From contig NC_058383.1 in the NCBI RefSeq assembly GCF_018350175.1, positions 38,688,001-38,752,000 on the forward strand: a DNA stretch of 64,000 nucleotides, written 5' to 3'. The translations under genes and the position numbers were made by a program. The notes beneath the pieces are model-generated. The model was not told the origin of the DNA, ran no database searches, and saw nothing but the letters and a program-made list of their open reading frames with translations. Positions within the stretch are counted from its first letter, which is position 1. Each line of letters starts with the position of its first letter. Positions 49,682-62,800 of the stretch are shown piece by piece. The stretch comes from Felis catus. Lineage: Eukaryota.

Positions 49682-50665
49682 GCCCACAGGCCAGCCTTGG
49701 TGTTTTTAACCTTTTAGCCACCACCCCCTCCCCATTCCTTCTGGAGGCTGGGGTCCCTCTGGCAACTCCAGGGGTTCCTTCTGCCTGCCATGTCTAATAA
49801 AAGGTATTTGAATCTTGGGAGCACCCAAGCTTGCTTGTGTGGCAACGGCTCTTCCTGCCCCATTTATTGATGCTGCCCAGGGTCTGCGGCCCTGGGATGG
49901 GCCGTGGCTGAGCCCTGATGCAGGGCCCCAGGCCAGCACACTGGAGCTAGGAGCATGCGCTGTGTGGAGCAGAGACTGCCTGAGCAGGCACGTCCCTGGC
50001 GTGTTGATCGAGCCATCAGAGTATGGCAGTCAGGGTGGAGGGCGGGCCCTCAGCCCACTCAGGTCGTCATGTCTCTGTGCTCGGATGCAGCAGCTGCGGC
50101 CCCCCTCCTACCCCTTGGTCCTGGGATAAGAGGCTGCTCTTGTGGTCCAAACCCCTCACTCCACAGTCTCTGGACAGAAAGGAGAAGGCGAAGGTGAGCC
50201 TCAGGCTGCTGGGAGGGCTGGCACGCAGAGCAGACACAGGTCAGGAAATAGGGCTGAGGGCCAGGCAAGGCACCCATGAGGTACCTTATGTGTGGGGCAG
50301 GGTGGAATGACAGCTCCGGGCCGGTAGAATTCTGTCACAGCAAGACGTGACCCCAGAGTCCCTCTGGCCATACCCTCATAGGTCACAGAAGATAAACTGA
50401 GGTCCAGAAAGGAAAGGTTTCCTTCTAGTCTCCACAGTACCCTGAAAGCAGGCAAGGAGGGGAAGCTGAGCTCCGAGGTGTGGGTAGAAGAGGCTGGTCC
50501 TCGTCCACAGGGAAGAACGGACAAACAGATGAGGCTCCCAGCTGGCAAGTCCCGTTTGCTGGAAGCATCCGGGGAGTCAGCCCCTTGCACACCAGCAGAA
50601 GGAGCGAAGCATACTCTTGGTCCTGGAAGACCGTAGAGAGGCCGGCGTAGTGGGCGCCAGGTGGC

Positions 50666-53014
50666 TCAGTCCGGGGGGCAGGCGTGGCGGGCGGCCCAGA
50701 GCAGGTCGGGCACGACGCCCGCGTGCAGCTGGAGGATGGAGCCCACGCTGAGCAGGTGCATGATCTGGTGCGAGTTGCCCCAGTAATCAAAGCGGCCGGG
50801 TCCCCAGCGCTCCGGCAGGCGGGCCACGTTCACCAGCCCCCCGAGCAGTGCCAGTGCGTCCATACGCAGGTAGCAGGGCAGGGAGCCCGGAGCCCCAGAG
50901 CCCAGCCCCACTCCTCGGGCCCCGAACACCAGGAGGCGGGCGGCAGCCTGCCAACCGAAGGCGCGGAGCCGGGCACCGGTGGAGGGAGCGGTGAGGGCCC
51001 GCCAGCCAGCCACGCCCGACAGCACGGTGTAGCCCACCAGGGCGGCTGGGCGCAGCCAGGGCCTACAGGCCAGGGTGCAGTGGATGATGGGCAGAGCCCC
51101 TGCACGGAGGAGAGATACAGGAGAAGGCATGTCAGTCCGGGGGACTGCCTGCCCTTTCCACCCAGGGCTCCCGTGAGTGTCCCCTGCCTCTTCCCCCCCC
51201 CCCCCCCCGCGCCCATCCTTCAAGCCTACCCGCCCCGTCCTTTAGCTCACCGAGGGTGTTGACAAGGCAGACCCCACACATATCCAGGGCAAGGAGCCGA
51301 GTATACACAGGGCTGCCCCCTTGGTGGCACATGAAGAGATGATAGAGCACAGAGCCTGTGGGCGGGGCCAGGCAGGCCACACAGTGTGTGCCCCACAGCC
51401 AGCCATCCTTGCCCAGCTGCCCCCAAGGCATGGTCATCGGCAGCAGTACCAGGAAGCCTAGGAGGGCCAGCCCTGGGAGAGGGAGACAATGATCCATCAC
51501 ACAGCTTCAGCCAGAGGACAGGTCCTGTCCTCAGGGAGTCTGCAGTCTAGAGATAACACAAGGGATGAGGCAAGACAGATCTTGACAATGCCGTTAGCAC
51601 GCTATCTGACAGAGGCAGGCCCCGCGCCTTCAGTGACTTCAGTGACTTGGCAGAGCTCTCAAGACGCCGGGGGAGCAGACACCATTGTCCAGTCCACACT
51701 TCCAGGTGAAGAAACCGAGTAACTGCCCCAGGTGACCCCGGCAAGGAAGGGGTGGGAGCAGAATAGAACCTGGGCACTCTTAACTCCAAGCTGCTCTCAC
51801 CCCTAGGCCACATTACCTCCCCAGAGAGCAGGAGCCCCAATCCCCTAAACTCTGTTGTGTTGGCAGAACCCAGAAGGAGGCATGGCCTCAAGTGGACTTC
51901 TAAATAGAACATGTGGGCAATGGTACCAGATCCCAGGGCCACTTAGCTTGCTTCTCTCAACCCCTGTGTCTTCTCTGTAAGTGACCAAACGAGGAGGCTT
52001 TGGGCCTTTCTGTCTTCCGGAAAGAAGCAAAGCCAGGCAGGGGAGAGGGGCTGAGAGGAGCTTGTTCCAGCTCCCCAGGCAGCGCTGCCTGCACTCCATT
52101 TCTCTCAGTCCCAACCAGGGTGATTCCTACACCCTTCCCTAGGCACTCTGGCATCGCCCTCACAGGGTCAAAGACTGACACAGCGGACTGGGGCTGTGGC
52201 TGCACACTCGGCAAGGTCTGGCCAGGCCACAGTCCCCCCGTAAGGCAGGCACCCAGGTTGGGCCCAGCCTGTTCGGGGCCCCTCTCCTGGCCGGGGCAGC
52301 CCAAGGACGGGCAGGGCTGTGTCAGCAGAGCAGGGCCGCGGAGGAGGGGCCCCGAGCCTGGGGCGGGGGGGGGGGGGGGGGGGGGGGGGGGGAGGAAGGA
52401 AGGAGCCGCCACCAGGCGGAGCCCCGTGTGGCTGGGCTGCTCCGGGGCCGAGGGTGGCAGGGCAAATGCGTGGGGAGGGGCTGGGGCCTGGTTTCTTTTC
52501 CTCTCCTAATCGAAGTCAACACCCCATCTCCTGGACCAGTGCTGGCGGGGGAGGTGCCCCAGACACAGGGATTATGAAGGGGGTCGGACACCAGACTCCT
52601 CCCCGGGGCTCAGAGGGATTAAGCGGACTTGGTCCCCTATGCTGCTTCCTTCGCCTGCCCAGGGGCCCCCGCCCGGGAAGCGGAAGGACGGTTCCGTCTG
52701 GGACAATGGCAGCTTTGTCACCACGGCTCCTGGCCGTGCCAGGGCCCAGGCAGACCGGGACCTGAGCACTGGGGCGCTCCTCGGCCTTCCGGCCCCGGCC
52801 CGGCGCGGGCAGGGCTACCGCGGGTGTGGGATGCGGGGCGCGGCTCACCGTGCGTGTAGATGTTGCCCAGCTCGTTGTGCAAGTAGAAGAGGCTGCGTAG
52901 ACAGCCCGAGCCGCTGCTGGCCGGCCGGTAGCCCGTCAGCACGAACTTGTTGAACTGCAGGTGCGGTGGCGAGCTGGCCCAGTCCAGCAGGCGCGGCCCG
53001 GCCAGGAACGCCAT
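50666..53014 (-). CDS. PAQR4: Progestin and adipoQ receptor family member 4, 3 exons, 273 aa
   Basis: Exons 53014-52849, 51472-51251 and 51099-50666 (822 nt). MAFLAGPRLLDWASSPPHLQFNKFVLTGYRP...HNELGNIYTH, SVLYHLF, PERWGPGRFDYWGNSHQIMH motifs. Minus-strand AATAAA at 49863-49868. Confidence 0.96.
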
Positions 53015-53500
53015 GGCCCGGCCCGGCGCGGGCGGCCCGCGCTCCTCTCGGTCCCCGGCTTCCTCAGGGCTGCCACGGCGCGCCGAGACTCATCCCGGTG
53101 CCCGCCCGCCGCCCAGCGCTGCGTCCGCGCACGCGCCGGGCGGGGGTCCCGACCCGCGCCCCTCCCGCGCTGCGCACGCGCGGGCCCGGCGCCCCCACGC
53201 TGGGGCGGAGGCTGGGGACGCGCGGGGCGCCGGGGCGCAGTGAGACCGGTCCCGCTGGGGAAGGCGCGCCGCAGGGACAGCTCGCGGAGGCGGCAGCGGT
53301 CAGTCGTCCCTTCGCAGCCGGGAGGACGGGCGCGGCCGGACGCTGGTGGGGACGCCAGGCTCCGCCCCAGCAGCTCGCCCCCGCCATCCCGCCGGCGTTT
53401 CGCGCGCGGTACTCGTGACGTCGACGCTGCGAGGGCCAATGGGCGAGGCTGGCGGGGAAGCCCCACCCACGCCCGCCCAGACTTTAGCGTGATTACCATA
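53015..53500 (-). promoter_or_regulatory. PAQR4 CpG-island promoter
   Basis: CpG island with GC boxes, TGACGTCG (~53416) and CCAAT (~53436). Confidence 0.6.
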
Positions 53501-54096
53501 ATATATGCGCTCCCAGCCTCATTTGCATGGGGTAGCTGTGGGCTTGGGATCCGACCTTCTGGGTCCCAGTGGCTCTGCTGGAGTGACCCCGGCGCCTAGA
53601 GTCTGCCGTACGCGCCCGGGCTTTCCGCGCGACCCCCTAGGTCGACGCACCCTTGGGCACTCACCCTCGTCGCCACCAAGCCCCACCCCTCACCCGGGCT
53701 CTGTCCAAGGTGCTGGCGGTCCCGGACCTTCGGACCAGTCAGGTCTAGAGCCTGCGCGTCCCCACTCCAGCCAGGGGGGTGATCTCCGCCGGCCCGACTC
53801 GGCCAGAGCGCAGCAAGCCACGCTGAGTGGCCAGGCCTCACACGTGTGTCTGACGCGCCGAGCGCCCTCGGGCGATGCCCTGCCCTTCAGGCCGGGCTTC
53901 TTGTAGCCTGAGCTCGGTCAAACTCTCCCTGTTGTCGCCCACTGCGAGGCACCTTCGGTTCCACCCAGAAAAGACAGGAAACGTAGGGGAAGATAGGGCA
54001 GGAGGTCACGGGAGAAAGGTCCGTCCCTGCTCGAGTTCATTCTAAGGCGGGTCCAGGAATGCATCCCTTTTCCGGCTTAACCCCGCCCACAACCGC

Positions 54097-54160
54097 TTCC
54101 TCCTCCTCCTCCTCCTCCTCCTCCTCCTCCTCCTCCTCCTCCTCCTCCTCCTCCCCTCCT
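54097..54160. repeat. (TCC)n microsatellite
   Basis: Long tcc run between the PAQR4 promoter and the KREMEN2 3' end. Confidence 0.92.
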
Positions 54161-54723
54161 CCCCTTCTCCATGACCCCGTCCACCCATCCTTCCGCCTCC
54201 GCCGTTCCTCGGTCCTAAACTTTCCCGGCAGCTCCAAAGCACTCTAGGCTTGGACCGACCTTACTCTGTATGGATACACCCAACTTTGGCTCATTAACAC
54301 AACTCTTCTTGTCACGCAAGAACTTGCAGAGAGCCCTGTACCAAAATAGGTCCTTTATTCAGAATCTATGGCTGGCCTTTTGACTACTTTTCTTGACCTC
54401 TCACATTTCACTTAGGGCAGCAGTCCAGAACCACCCCAAGAAGTTCTAAAAGCAACCTGAAGTCAGAGACCCCGGTATTAAGGTTTATGAGGGAGGGGAG
54501 CCAGATTCCTCTTGCCCTTTGGCCTCAACCATCTGGACCTTCGAGGGTCAGACCAAGTTCTCAGTAATAGCACCAGAGGCTTCTTGTCCAATGTCTGGCC
54601 TCCAGGAGATGATCAGAGACCGAGCTGTCCTTACAGGGGCGGAAGGTCAACGTAGAGTGCGGCATGGAGTCTGAGATGTCCATTCCACTGGCAGAGGGTC
54701 CAGTGGACCCTAGGGATCCCGAG

Positions 54724-57700
54724 TCAGAGAGCAGAGATGAGCGAACGCAGGGAACTCTGGCTGGAGGCGCTCAGGGGCCGGTAACTCGCGGCTAGAACCT
54801 CAGCCTGAGGGTCCCCAGGGGGACAGGGCAGGGCCACCCCTCGAGGCCGGCGGTACCACACAGCCCAGCTTCTCCCGGGGCCCCGGGAAGGCCCCAACGC
54901 CGGGGGCCCTTTTCCCGGAGCCAGCAGACAGCTCCTAGAGAGGGAGCAGATGTCAGCTGAACCCCCAACCAATCTTACCTCCAGCGTCCTGCTCCGCCTG
55001 CGATCCCGCGCGCGATTCCCTGTGTGGACGCAAGCCCCTGTCCCTCAAGAACCCGGGATTGCCTCCCAGCCGCGTTCCCCTGGAAAGCCCCAGCTTCCCA
55101 CCAGGGCCCCCTGGGCACCGAGGCGGCAGGCGCCCAGCTGCGTCCGCCCTCAGGCCCTGCCCCAGCGGGCGCACCGTCGGCGCAGCAGGCGCAGCAGCGA
55201 CAGCAGCAGCAGCAGCAGCACTGAGACGGCCGTCACTGTCGAGAAGACCCGGGCTGCGGGCACACGGTGCCGTGAGGCAGGGCTTGGGAGGAGCTGCTCC
55301 CCAAACTGCCTCCCGCCACGCGTGCCCGCCTCACCCCCCGTCGCGGCCTCCGGAGCCCCAGGCCGGGGGCTGCAGCTCACGTTGGCCCAGTCAGGGGACG
55401 CTGCGGGGGTCTGGGCCGAGCCCTGGGGCGCGCGGTCGTCGGCAGCGTCCTGCAGCCCTGCGGAGAGAAGTGTGAGGCAGGGTGGCGGGGCAGCGGGCGC
55501 AGGGCGACGAGGCGGGCTCTCACCGCGGTAGGTGAGCGCGAAGCCCTGCGCGTGGCCGCGCGCGTCGCTGCGGAAGGAGAGCAGCAGCGCGGCGGCGCGC
55601 AGAAGCAGGGGCCCGGGCGGCGNNNNNNNNNNNNNNNNNNNNNNNNNNNNNNNNNNNNNNNNNNNNNNNNNNNNNNNNNNNNNNNNNNNNNNNNNNNNNN
55701 NNNNNNNNNNNNNNNNNNNNNNNNNNNNNNNNNNNNNNNNNNNNNNNNNNNNNNNNNNNNNNNNNNNNNNNNNNNNNNNNNNNNNNNNNNNNNNNNNNNN
55801 NNAGTAGATGACGCCCTGCGGGGCCGTCCAGTTCCCCTGGCAGGAGCCCACGGACACTGTGGGCGGGGCAGGTGGTCAGGACCCCGAGGCCCGCGGGCTC
55901 TTCCTTCACGGGGCGGGCCGCCCGCGCCTCCCCGCTGGGCCGCGACCCCAGACCTGCCCCACCGCCCCCTCGAGCCGGGTCCTACTCCTTCCGCGAACCG
56001 CGAATCTCCTCCTCACGTCCCGCCCCCAACTCCACGCCCCGCCCCTGACCCCCCAGGTGCGGAGCGGGCCCTCCACCAGACTCCCCTTCTCGGGCCCCGC
56101 CCCTAGCGTACGGCTTCCACCTCCCAGATTCCGCCCCCTACCGGGGCGTGGCACCCCGAGACCCACCCAGACCCTCTCCCTCACCGCCCAGGTCCCCCTT
56201 CCCCGCCCACTCCTCACCTTCGTAGATGCCCAGACGCCCATCGCCGCCGCACAGCTGGCCCGGGTGGCCGAAGCAAATCTGGTCGCAGTCGGTAGCTGGG
56301 GCCGGGCGTCCCCGGTCCAGGTCGCTCTCAGAGCCACAGAAGCAGGCGTAGCCAGCCTCCACGCCCGCCAGCTGGGGGCACAGACTGGGTGACCCAAGAG
56401 GCCGGGGTTGGGGTAGGGGTGGGTTCTAGGGTCAGGGTCATAAGTGGGAATCGGGCAGCGACTCCAAAATCAGCGTCAGGGTTTGATGTCAGAGTGGGAG
56501 TTGATTTGGGTCCTGAGGTCTAGGTCAGGGGTCACTGTTCTGAGCCGGAGGGGGGAGGGGGCAGTACCTGGTAGCCCTTCATGCGGCAGAAGCGAAGGCA
56601 CACCTGGACCGTGAGCTTCGTTGAGGTCCCGCTGGGGCCGCTGAGGGCCGGGGGTGCCCCCGAATCCACGAAGCAGCCCAGGTACCCGGGCACTGAGGGG
56701 GCAGCAGAGTCCGGCTTTGTCCGGTGCCTCCAAAAGAGAACTCTACCCAGGCAGCCCAGCCTTCCCACCCTTGTCCAGCCCGGCCCACTCACTGTGACAC
56801 GTGGGGATGTCGCAGTAGCGCCAATAGATGCCCTCCTCTGTCTCGGCTACATAGCACCACGGCTGCACGTCACCGTCGGGGTTCCTGCCGGTGGGGGAGA
56901 AGTCGTCTGGATCCACCCCAAGGGCTGCAAGCCCCAGGCCCCACCCCACAGCCTTTCCGCAGAATGGCCACCGTGTGTGTTAGATCTGGTTTGTGTGTTC
57001 CTCTCCGTTGTCACTGTCACACAGATTCTGGCTTGTCCCACCTGTTTGTGGCTGTCGACTCCGGAGGGGATGGTGGGAAGTCCTTAAGGGGCACCTGGGT
57101 GGGGTGGCTCAGTCGGTTAAGGGACCGATCTTTGGTTTCAGCTCAGGTCATGATCTTACAGTTTTTGAGTCCGAACCCCAAGTGGGGCTCTGTGCTCATA
57201 GCGTGCAGCCTGCTTAGGATTCTGGCTCCCTCTGGCTCTTCCCTTCCCCTGCTCGCTCGCTCTCTCTCAAACAAATAAATTAACTATTTTTTTAAAGGAG
57301 GGGCGCTGAGGGCGTATTTTGGGCTTCAGATGTTGCTAGGACGTGACTTTATACATGAGGACTTTGAAGCCACCTGCAGTGTTCGTCCCCAACCCTGCCT
57401 TGGGCCTCGGCCACCTCCCTTGGCTTGCAACCTTGCTTTAAAGCAAAAGTGGTGAGCCCTGAGCTTCGTGGTGTCCTCTCGCTCCGCTGGGTCCCTGCGG
57501 CTCCAGACAGCAGTTGTGGCTCTGAAGGCCGCCCCCCCCCCCAACCCCTCTGTCACCAAGAGTAGAAGTTGTACCGCAGGGGCTGGACCCTCCACCCCAG
57601 GGCTCGCCCTCTGACTGGGTCCCGCCTACACAGGCTCCTTGAATGCCCAGGCCTGACCCTAGGCTCTGCAGCGTTTGGGCACCTAAATGTCCCGAAAATG

Positions 57701-58407
57701 TCCTGAGCGGCCAGCCCCGCCCCCAGAACGGGCTAGGCCTGGTCCCTCGCCTAGGCTCTGCTCCCAGACCCTCGGGGTGGCCCTCGCATCCGCCCAGCCA
57801 AGACCTCCCTCCCACCCACACCGAGGCCCTGCCCCGGGCGGACGCCTGCAATAGTGCGCCCAGTCCCGGGCCCAGCGCAGGCCCCGCCCCTCACCGGCAG
57901 AAGTTGTGCGGGCCCAGCCCCCACCGGCCCTGGGGGTCGCTGGCGCTGCTGTAGCTGTGCTGCTGCGTCTGGTCCCAGAAGAGGCACGGGCGGCCGGCCC
58001 CGCGCGGACCCGTGCGGTTCTGGTGGCCGCGGTAGTCGGCGCCATTCACCTGGAAGCACTCGGACAGGCCTGCGCGGCGACCGCGGGGGCTGGGGAGGTC
58101 CCGACCTTCTCCCGCATTTTCACCGCCCCCCCCTCCCAACTCTAACTCCCGCCCGGCTCCCCCGTCCGCGCCCCCGGCGCCTGCGGGGCCCCGGGGCTCA
58201 GCTCCTCCCGCCACCTGCTCTGCCCCCTCCTCCGCTTCGGGACCGGCTCCTAGGCACGGAGGCAGAGGAGAGAGCGGTGACCACGGTCCAGTCGCGGGGG
58301 CGGGACTCACCTGGGCTGTGCAGGCTCCCCGCGGAGGCCCCGCGGGGCGGCAGCGGCGGGAGGAAGAGCAGGAGAAGAAGGAGGCCCTGCGGGGCCCGTG
58401 TCTCCAT
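54724..58407 (-). CDS. KREMEN2: Kremen protein 2 (kringle-WSC-CUB type I membrane protein), 9 exons, 462 aa; 180-N gap at 55623-55802 in the CUB exon
   Basis: Exons 58407-58311, 58069-57895, 56884-56793, 56692-56568, 56371-56218, 55856-55524, 55457-55335, 55253-55175 and 54934-54724 (1389 nt). Kringle (CFQVNGADYRG...HNFCRNPDGDVQPWCY), WSC (YLGCFVD...EAGYACFCG), CUB, TM segment, end LRSLISAL*. Minus-strand AATAAA at 54354-54359. Confidence 0.95.
57087..57280 (+). mobile_element. Can-SINE in KREMEN2 intron 2
   Basis: GGGGCACCTGGGT...GGCTCAGTCGGTTAA...GCTCAGGTCATGATCT. Confidence 0.85.
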
Positions 58408-60724
58408 CGCCCCCAGCCCAAGAGAGGTTGCCCTGGCCCGCACACGGCCCACGCCACCCCCGGGGTCGCTCCGGGGTCTTCCAGGCGACCTGGGGGGCGT
58501 TGTCCTCTGACAGCCTGTTCGCGCCCCGCTCTGGGCGGCGCTCTCCGTCTGGAGCGGTGAACTCTCTCCTGCGAGTATTTGCCTCCAGGGTTTCTGCCCC
58601 AGGAGGCGTCTCTTTGCCCCCGTGTCCCCTCTGGCTGTCCCCGGGGTTCTCTGGCCAGGGGCGGTCTCCGTCACTGCCTCTTAGTGCTGGGGCGGCGGGT
58701 GTGTGTGTGGGGGGGCTTGCCCTCGCGTCCACACCCGCCCTCTCCCGCGGCGCCCTGCTCTCCCTCGCTCAGGTCTCTAACGCACTGGCTCCTGCCCCCT
58801 CGCGTCCCTCTGTGGGTCCCTCCCCCTTGGGTCCCTCCCTCCCCACCCCATCCCCCCGAGGCCGGGAAGCCCCGCCCGAGACTGGAGCGGAGGCAGCAGG
58901 TCCAGACGCCTCCCACGCCAACCCCCCCCCCCCCCAACACACTGCCCCGGGACCCTCGGTGTCCCAGCACGCTTCTCCTCTCCCCTCCCCCTCTCAAAGT
59001 CCGTGCAGGTTCTAGGGGTGTGTGGAGGAGGAAAGGCCAGGCTGGTGGACAGAGGGACCCCGGTGGCGGTGAAACACGCCCCTCTCCCAAGTACCGAATG
59101 GCTCCGGCCGGACGGAGGAAGTGCCACTCCCGGCGCCCGCACCCGCGGGGATGGTGGACGCTCAGTCCCGGACAGGCAGGGGCAGCTGGTGTCTGGGGAG
59201 GAAGGCAGCTGCGCCCCCCGTCCCAGCCTGTCCCCTCCTCTCTTCCCCCTTCTTTCCGTAGGACCCCCAGCCCAGGCTCGCCGGAGCCCTCGCAGCGCGG
59301 CGGAATTCCCCCAGCGGAGCCCCCCCGCAACCCCAACCTGGCGGGGGAGGGGGAGGGGAGCAGGCCCGGGCAGGCGTGGGGGGAAATTCCCCGCCCCCTC
59401 CCCGGGCCCAACTCCTGCGAATCCTCTGATCTCCCAGCGCCGCCCGCCGGCTGCCCCCAGGGCTTGGGGGGAGGCCAGCGCAGGTGCGTGGGAGGGCGGG
59501 GGCGGGGGCCGGGGCGGAGGGGGGGGGGGTGGCCGGGCCCGAGCGGCCCCGCCCCGCCCACCTCCCTCGCCCCTCAATCCAGCCTCCCCACCTCTCCCCG
59601 GGCCCTCACCAGGCCGTTCAGCCGGGACGGACCAGTCCCCGCCCCGCAGACAGGGTGGCTCGGGGCGGATTCTAGCAAGGCCAAGGTGCGGGAGGCGGTG
59701 ACGCGACCGGCGGAGACCTAGCGGTTAGCGCCCCAAGATGAGGCTCTGGGATCCTAGGGCGGGCAGCCCACGGAGTGAACGTTGGAAGGAGGTGGGCTTG
59801 CTGAGACTCGAAGGCGTCGTCGCGGGGTTCGCCTCCTGAGGGAAGCCCTCTCGGCAGCCAGGCTGGCCAAGGCTCGCCTCCCACTTTCCAGGCCCCGTGG
59901 AGCACCGGAATGGGAGTCTCACCCGCGTATGCTAGCTGCGCACAGAGAATCTAAGCCCCCCACCCCCCAACCAGGGAGCGGCAGGTCACCACCCTTTGGC
60001 CTGGCCCCCTTCTCCTCCAAGCCGGGTAGGGAGAGGGGCAGTGCTGCTGGGGCCTGTTGGGGTCCTCCCAACTCTGCAGGCCTGGGCCACGGCCTGGGCC
60101 ATGGAGGTGCGTGGGGAGCCTCACCTTCAGGGCCACAGGCCGCCCAGGAAAGGCCTAGGTGGGGTCAGGGAGGGGACAGTAGGGGGAGTAGAGTAGGAGG
60201 TGGGCCCTTCCCTGGCAGGGCCGGCCAAGCTGTCCATCCAGACCACTGTCCTAGGGACTCTCGCCTCCCGAGGGGGCCCCTGTCTCCCGCACAGGGGATC
60301 CTGGATGACGAGGAGGAGGGCTCGGTTCCAGGCCCCCCGGCCCTGAGATGAGGGGCAGTGTCCTCATTGCCAGCTCCAGTCCCTGGTGGCTCACAGAACC
60401 CCAGACTGAAGAAGACCTTGACCTTCACCCTGTCACTTGCAAGGAGCTCAGAGAGGCTGAAGGCCCCCAGAGTCCCGGTCAGGACTTAGTCCGTCCAAAA
60501 CCAACAGCGCTTCTGCTGTGGGAGGGCTGGGCCACCTCCTGCCTACTCAGGCCCTCCACCTGTGTTTACTGATCCTGGTTCCTCCAGCTCCTGTGCAAAC
60601 AGCTGAACTTCATTTCCCCGTGTCCCCTGCATTCGACTATGGGAGGGAGTTCAGGCCGATGGGGCCTGGGCAGGAGTGGTGCCTCTCATAAGGCAAAGCG
60701 GGGGGGGGGGGGGGGGGGGGCGGG

Positions 60725-60835
60725 GGCCAGCAGCATTAGCACCACGGAGCAGCTCGTTAGAAATGCAGATTCTCAGGCTCCACCCCCAGCCTCCTTCATC
60801 AGAACCTGTATTTAACAAGATCTCCAGGTTTAGAA
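60725..60835. mobile_element. MER5A-like hAT-Charlie DNA transposon fragment
   Basis: 'gttagaaatgcagattctcaggctccaccccc...tgtatttaacaagatctccaggt'. Confidence 0.7.
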
Positions 60836-61084
60836 AGCGCACGCGCAGGCCCCTGCCGGGGCTGTCTCTCCTCCCTTCAGCAACCAGACGAGGGAGATGC
60901 CAGGGGCCTGGGGCAGGGTGGAAGGAGATGGATTCCTGAGCGACCCTGTGGAAGGTGCCCACTAACCGGAAGCGTCAGGAGGCGGGAGAGGTAACCAAAC
61001 CTCAGCCGTGTAGCCGCTGAGATCGGAGGTTTGCTGGTTATACGGACCCGCACAACCTCCCCTCCACCGATACACCCTCCTGCC

Positions 61085-61480
61085 CCCAGCCGGTTCCTGG
61101 GGCGTCCGGACAAAGGCCCACAGACTGGGCGCTTTAACAGCAGAGATGTGTTGCCTCGAGGTCTGCAGGCTGGGACCCTGGGACTCAGCCATCAGCAGAG
61201 CCCGTTCCTTCTGGGAGCCGTGAGTGGGCGTTTGTCTGATGCCTCTCGACTGGATGCTGGACGTCAGTTGTCATCCTCGGTGTTCCTCGGCTTCTAGAAT
61301 CATCACGTCCACCTCGGCCTCCATCTTTGCCCGGCGCTCTCCCCGCGTGTGGGGGTCTGGGTCCAGATGTCTGTGCCCGGCCCATGCCAGTGTGACCGCA
61401 CCTTGACTGATCACCTCCGCAGTGACCTGTTTGCTCATGGGATCACGTTCTGTGGTGCTGGGGGTTGGATCCGAGCCCTG
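61085..61480 (-). mobile_element. MaLR (MLT1-like) LTR
   Basis: 'cacagactgggcgctttaacagcaga', 'cctcggcctccatcttt', 'tcacgttctgtggtgctgggggtt'. Confidence 0.6.
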
Positions 61481-61714
61481 AACCGGGGGGCGGGGAGAGC
61501 ACAAGTGCACTCGTGGCGTCTCTTGATTGTCTCTCGTCCCTTTCCCATCCGTGCGGCCTCCGCCAGAGTCTGGGCCACTGCCGTCAAATCACACTCCAGC
61601 CTGACGTCCGGCCCCCCGCGCTTACCCTCCACACCCCTCTGGCAGCCGGAGTCTTTGGTGGGGAGCATTTACGGCGAGCACCTTCTGGCTCTTGGCATGT
61701 GCTCATTCTTCTTC

Positions 61715-62800
61715 TTCTTTTGTTAATGTTTATTTTTATTTTTGGGAGAGAGAGCGCAGGCGGGGGAGGGATGGGGGGGGACATAGGATCTGAAGATGGC
61801 TCCACGCTGACAGCAGAGAGCCCGATGCGGGGCTCAAACTCGCAAACCGAGCCGTGAGATCGTGACCTGAGCCGAAGTCGGACGCTCAACCGACTGACCC
61901 ACCCAGGCGCCCCTCATTCTCCTTTTTTCAGTGGGAAATAACACCTAACATTGAGTTTACATTTTTTGCTCTTTCCAAGTGAACAGTTCAGGGCGCCTGG
62001 GTGGCTTGCTCGGTTGAGTGTCAACTTCAGCTCAGGTCATGATCTCGCGGTTCGTGGGTTCGAGCCCCGCGTCGGGCTCTGGGCTGACGGCTCGGAGACT
62101 GGAGCTGCTTCCGGTTCTGTGTCTCCCTCTCTCCCCGCCCCTCCCCCAGGCACACTCTGTCTCTCTCTGTCTCTCAAAAATGAATAAATGTTACAAAAAA
62201 GTTTTAAAAAGCGAACAGTTCAATAGTGTTAAGTATATTCACATCACTGTGCGATGGCCCTGGGACCTCTTCGTCTTGTAGCACTGAAGCTCCCCCTTCC
62301 CAGCCCCCACCCTCCTGGAAGCTACCTTTCTAGTTTCGGTTTCTATGATTTTTGACTGTAAATATTCCATATAAGTGGGATCACACAGTACTTGACCTTT
62401 TGTGACTGGCTTCTTCCACTTCACATAACATCCCCTGGGTTCATCCGTGTCACTGCACATGATTTCCCTCCTTTTAAAGGCCGCGTAATATTCCACGGTG
62501 TGGATGGACCTGAGCAGGACCCTGACGGGGTCCCCACGGGCCCAACCCTCCTCTCTTACTCAGTCACGTCTTTATCTTTTTTTTTTTCAATTTTTTAAAA
62601 TGTTTTTATTTATTTTTGACTCAGAGAGAGAGAGCATGAGCAGGGGAGGGGCAGAGAGAGAGGGAGACACAGAATCCGAAGCAGCTCCAGGCGCTGAGCC
62701 ATCAGCTCAGAGCCCGACGCGGGGCTCGAACTCACGGACCGTGAGATCATGACCTGAGCCGAAGTCGGCCGCCTAACCGACTGAGCCACCCAGGTGCCCT
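61715..62800. mobile_element. Can-SINEs (~61715-61912 -, ~61990-62200 +, ~62590-62800 -) and an antisense L1 3'-end fragment (~62200-62500)
   Basis: SINE consensus matches; L1 3' text 'ccatataagtgggatcacacagta...tttgtgactggcttcttccact...ttcatccgtg'. Confidence 0.8.

Noticed and set aside
52365-52392. Long poly-G runs (also ~13194-13212 and ~60699-60720) as functional G-quadruplexes
   Set aside because: Homopolymer lengths are unreliable and such runs are common throughout this window; no specific support.
54037-54247. Poly-Glu, poly-Arg and poly-Ser ORFs
   Set aside because: Translations of the (TCC)n microsatellite.
55623-55802. 180-N gap in KREMEN2 as a disruption
   Set aside because: It preserves the frame and gives the expected 462-aa length; an assembly gap in very GC-rich sequence.
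58398-59721. Long ORFs of 200-380 aa upstream of KREMEN2
   Set aside because: CpG-island promoter sequence, open in several frames at once, with no codon periodicity or recognisable domain.
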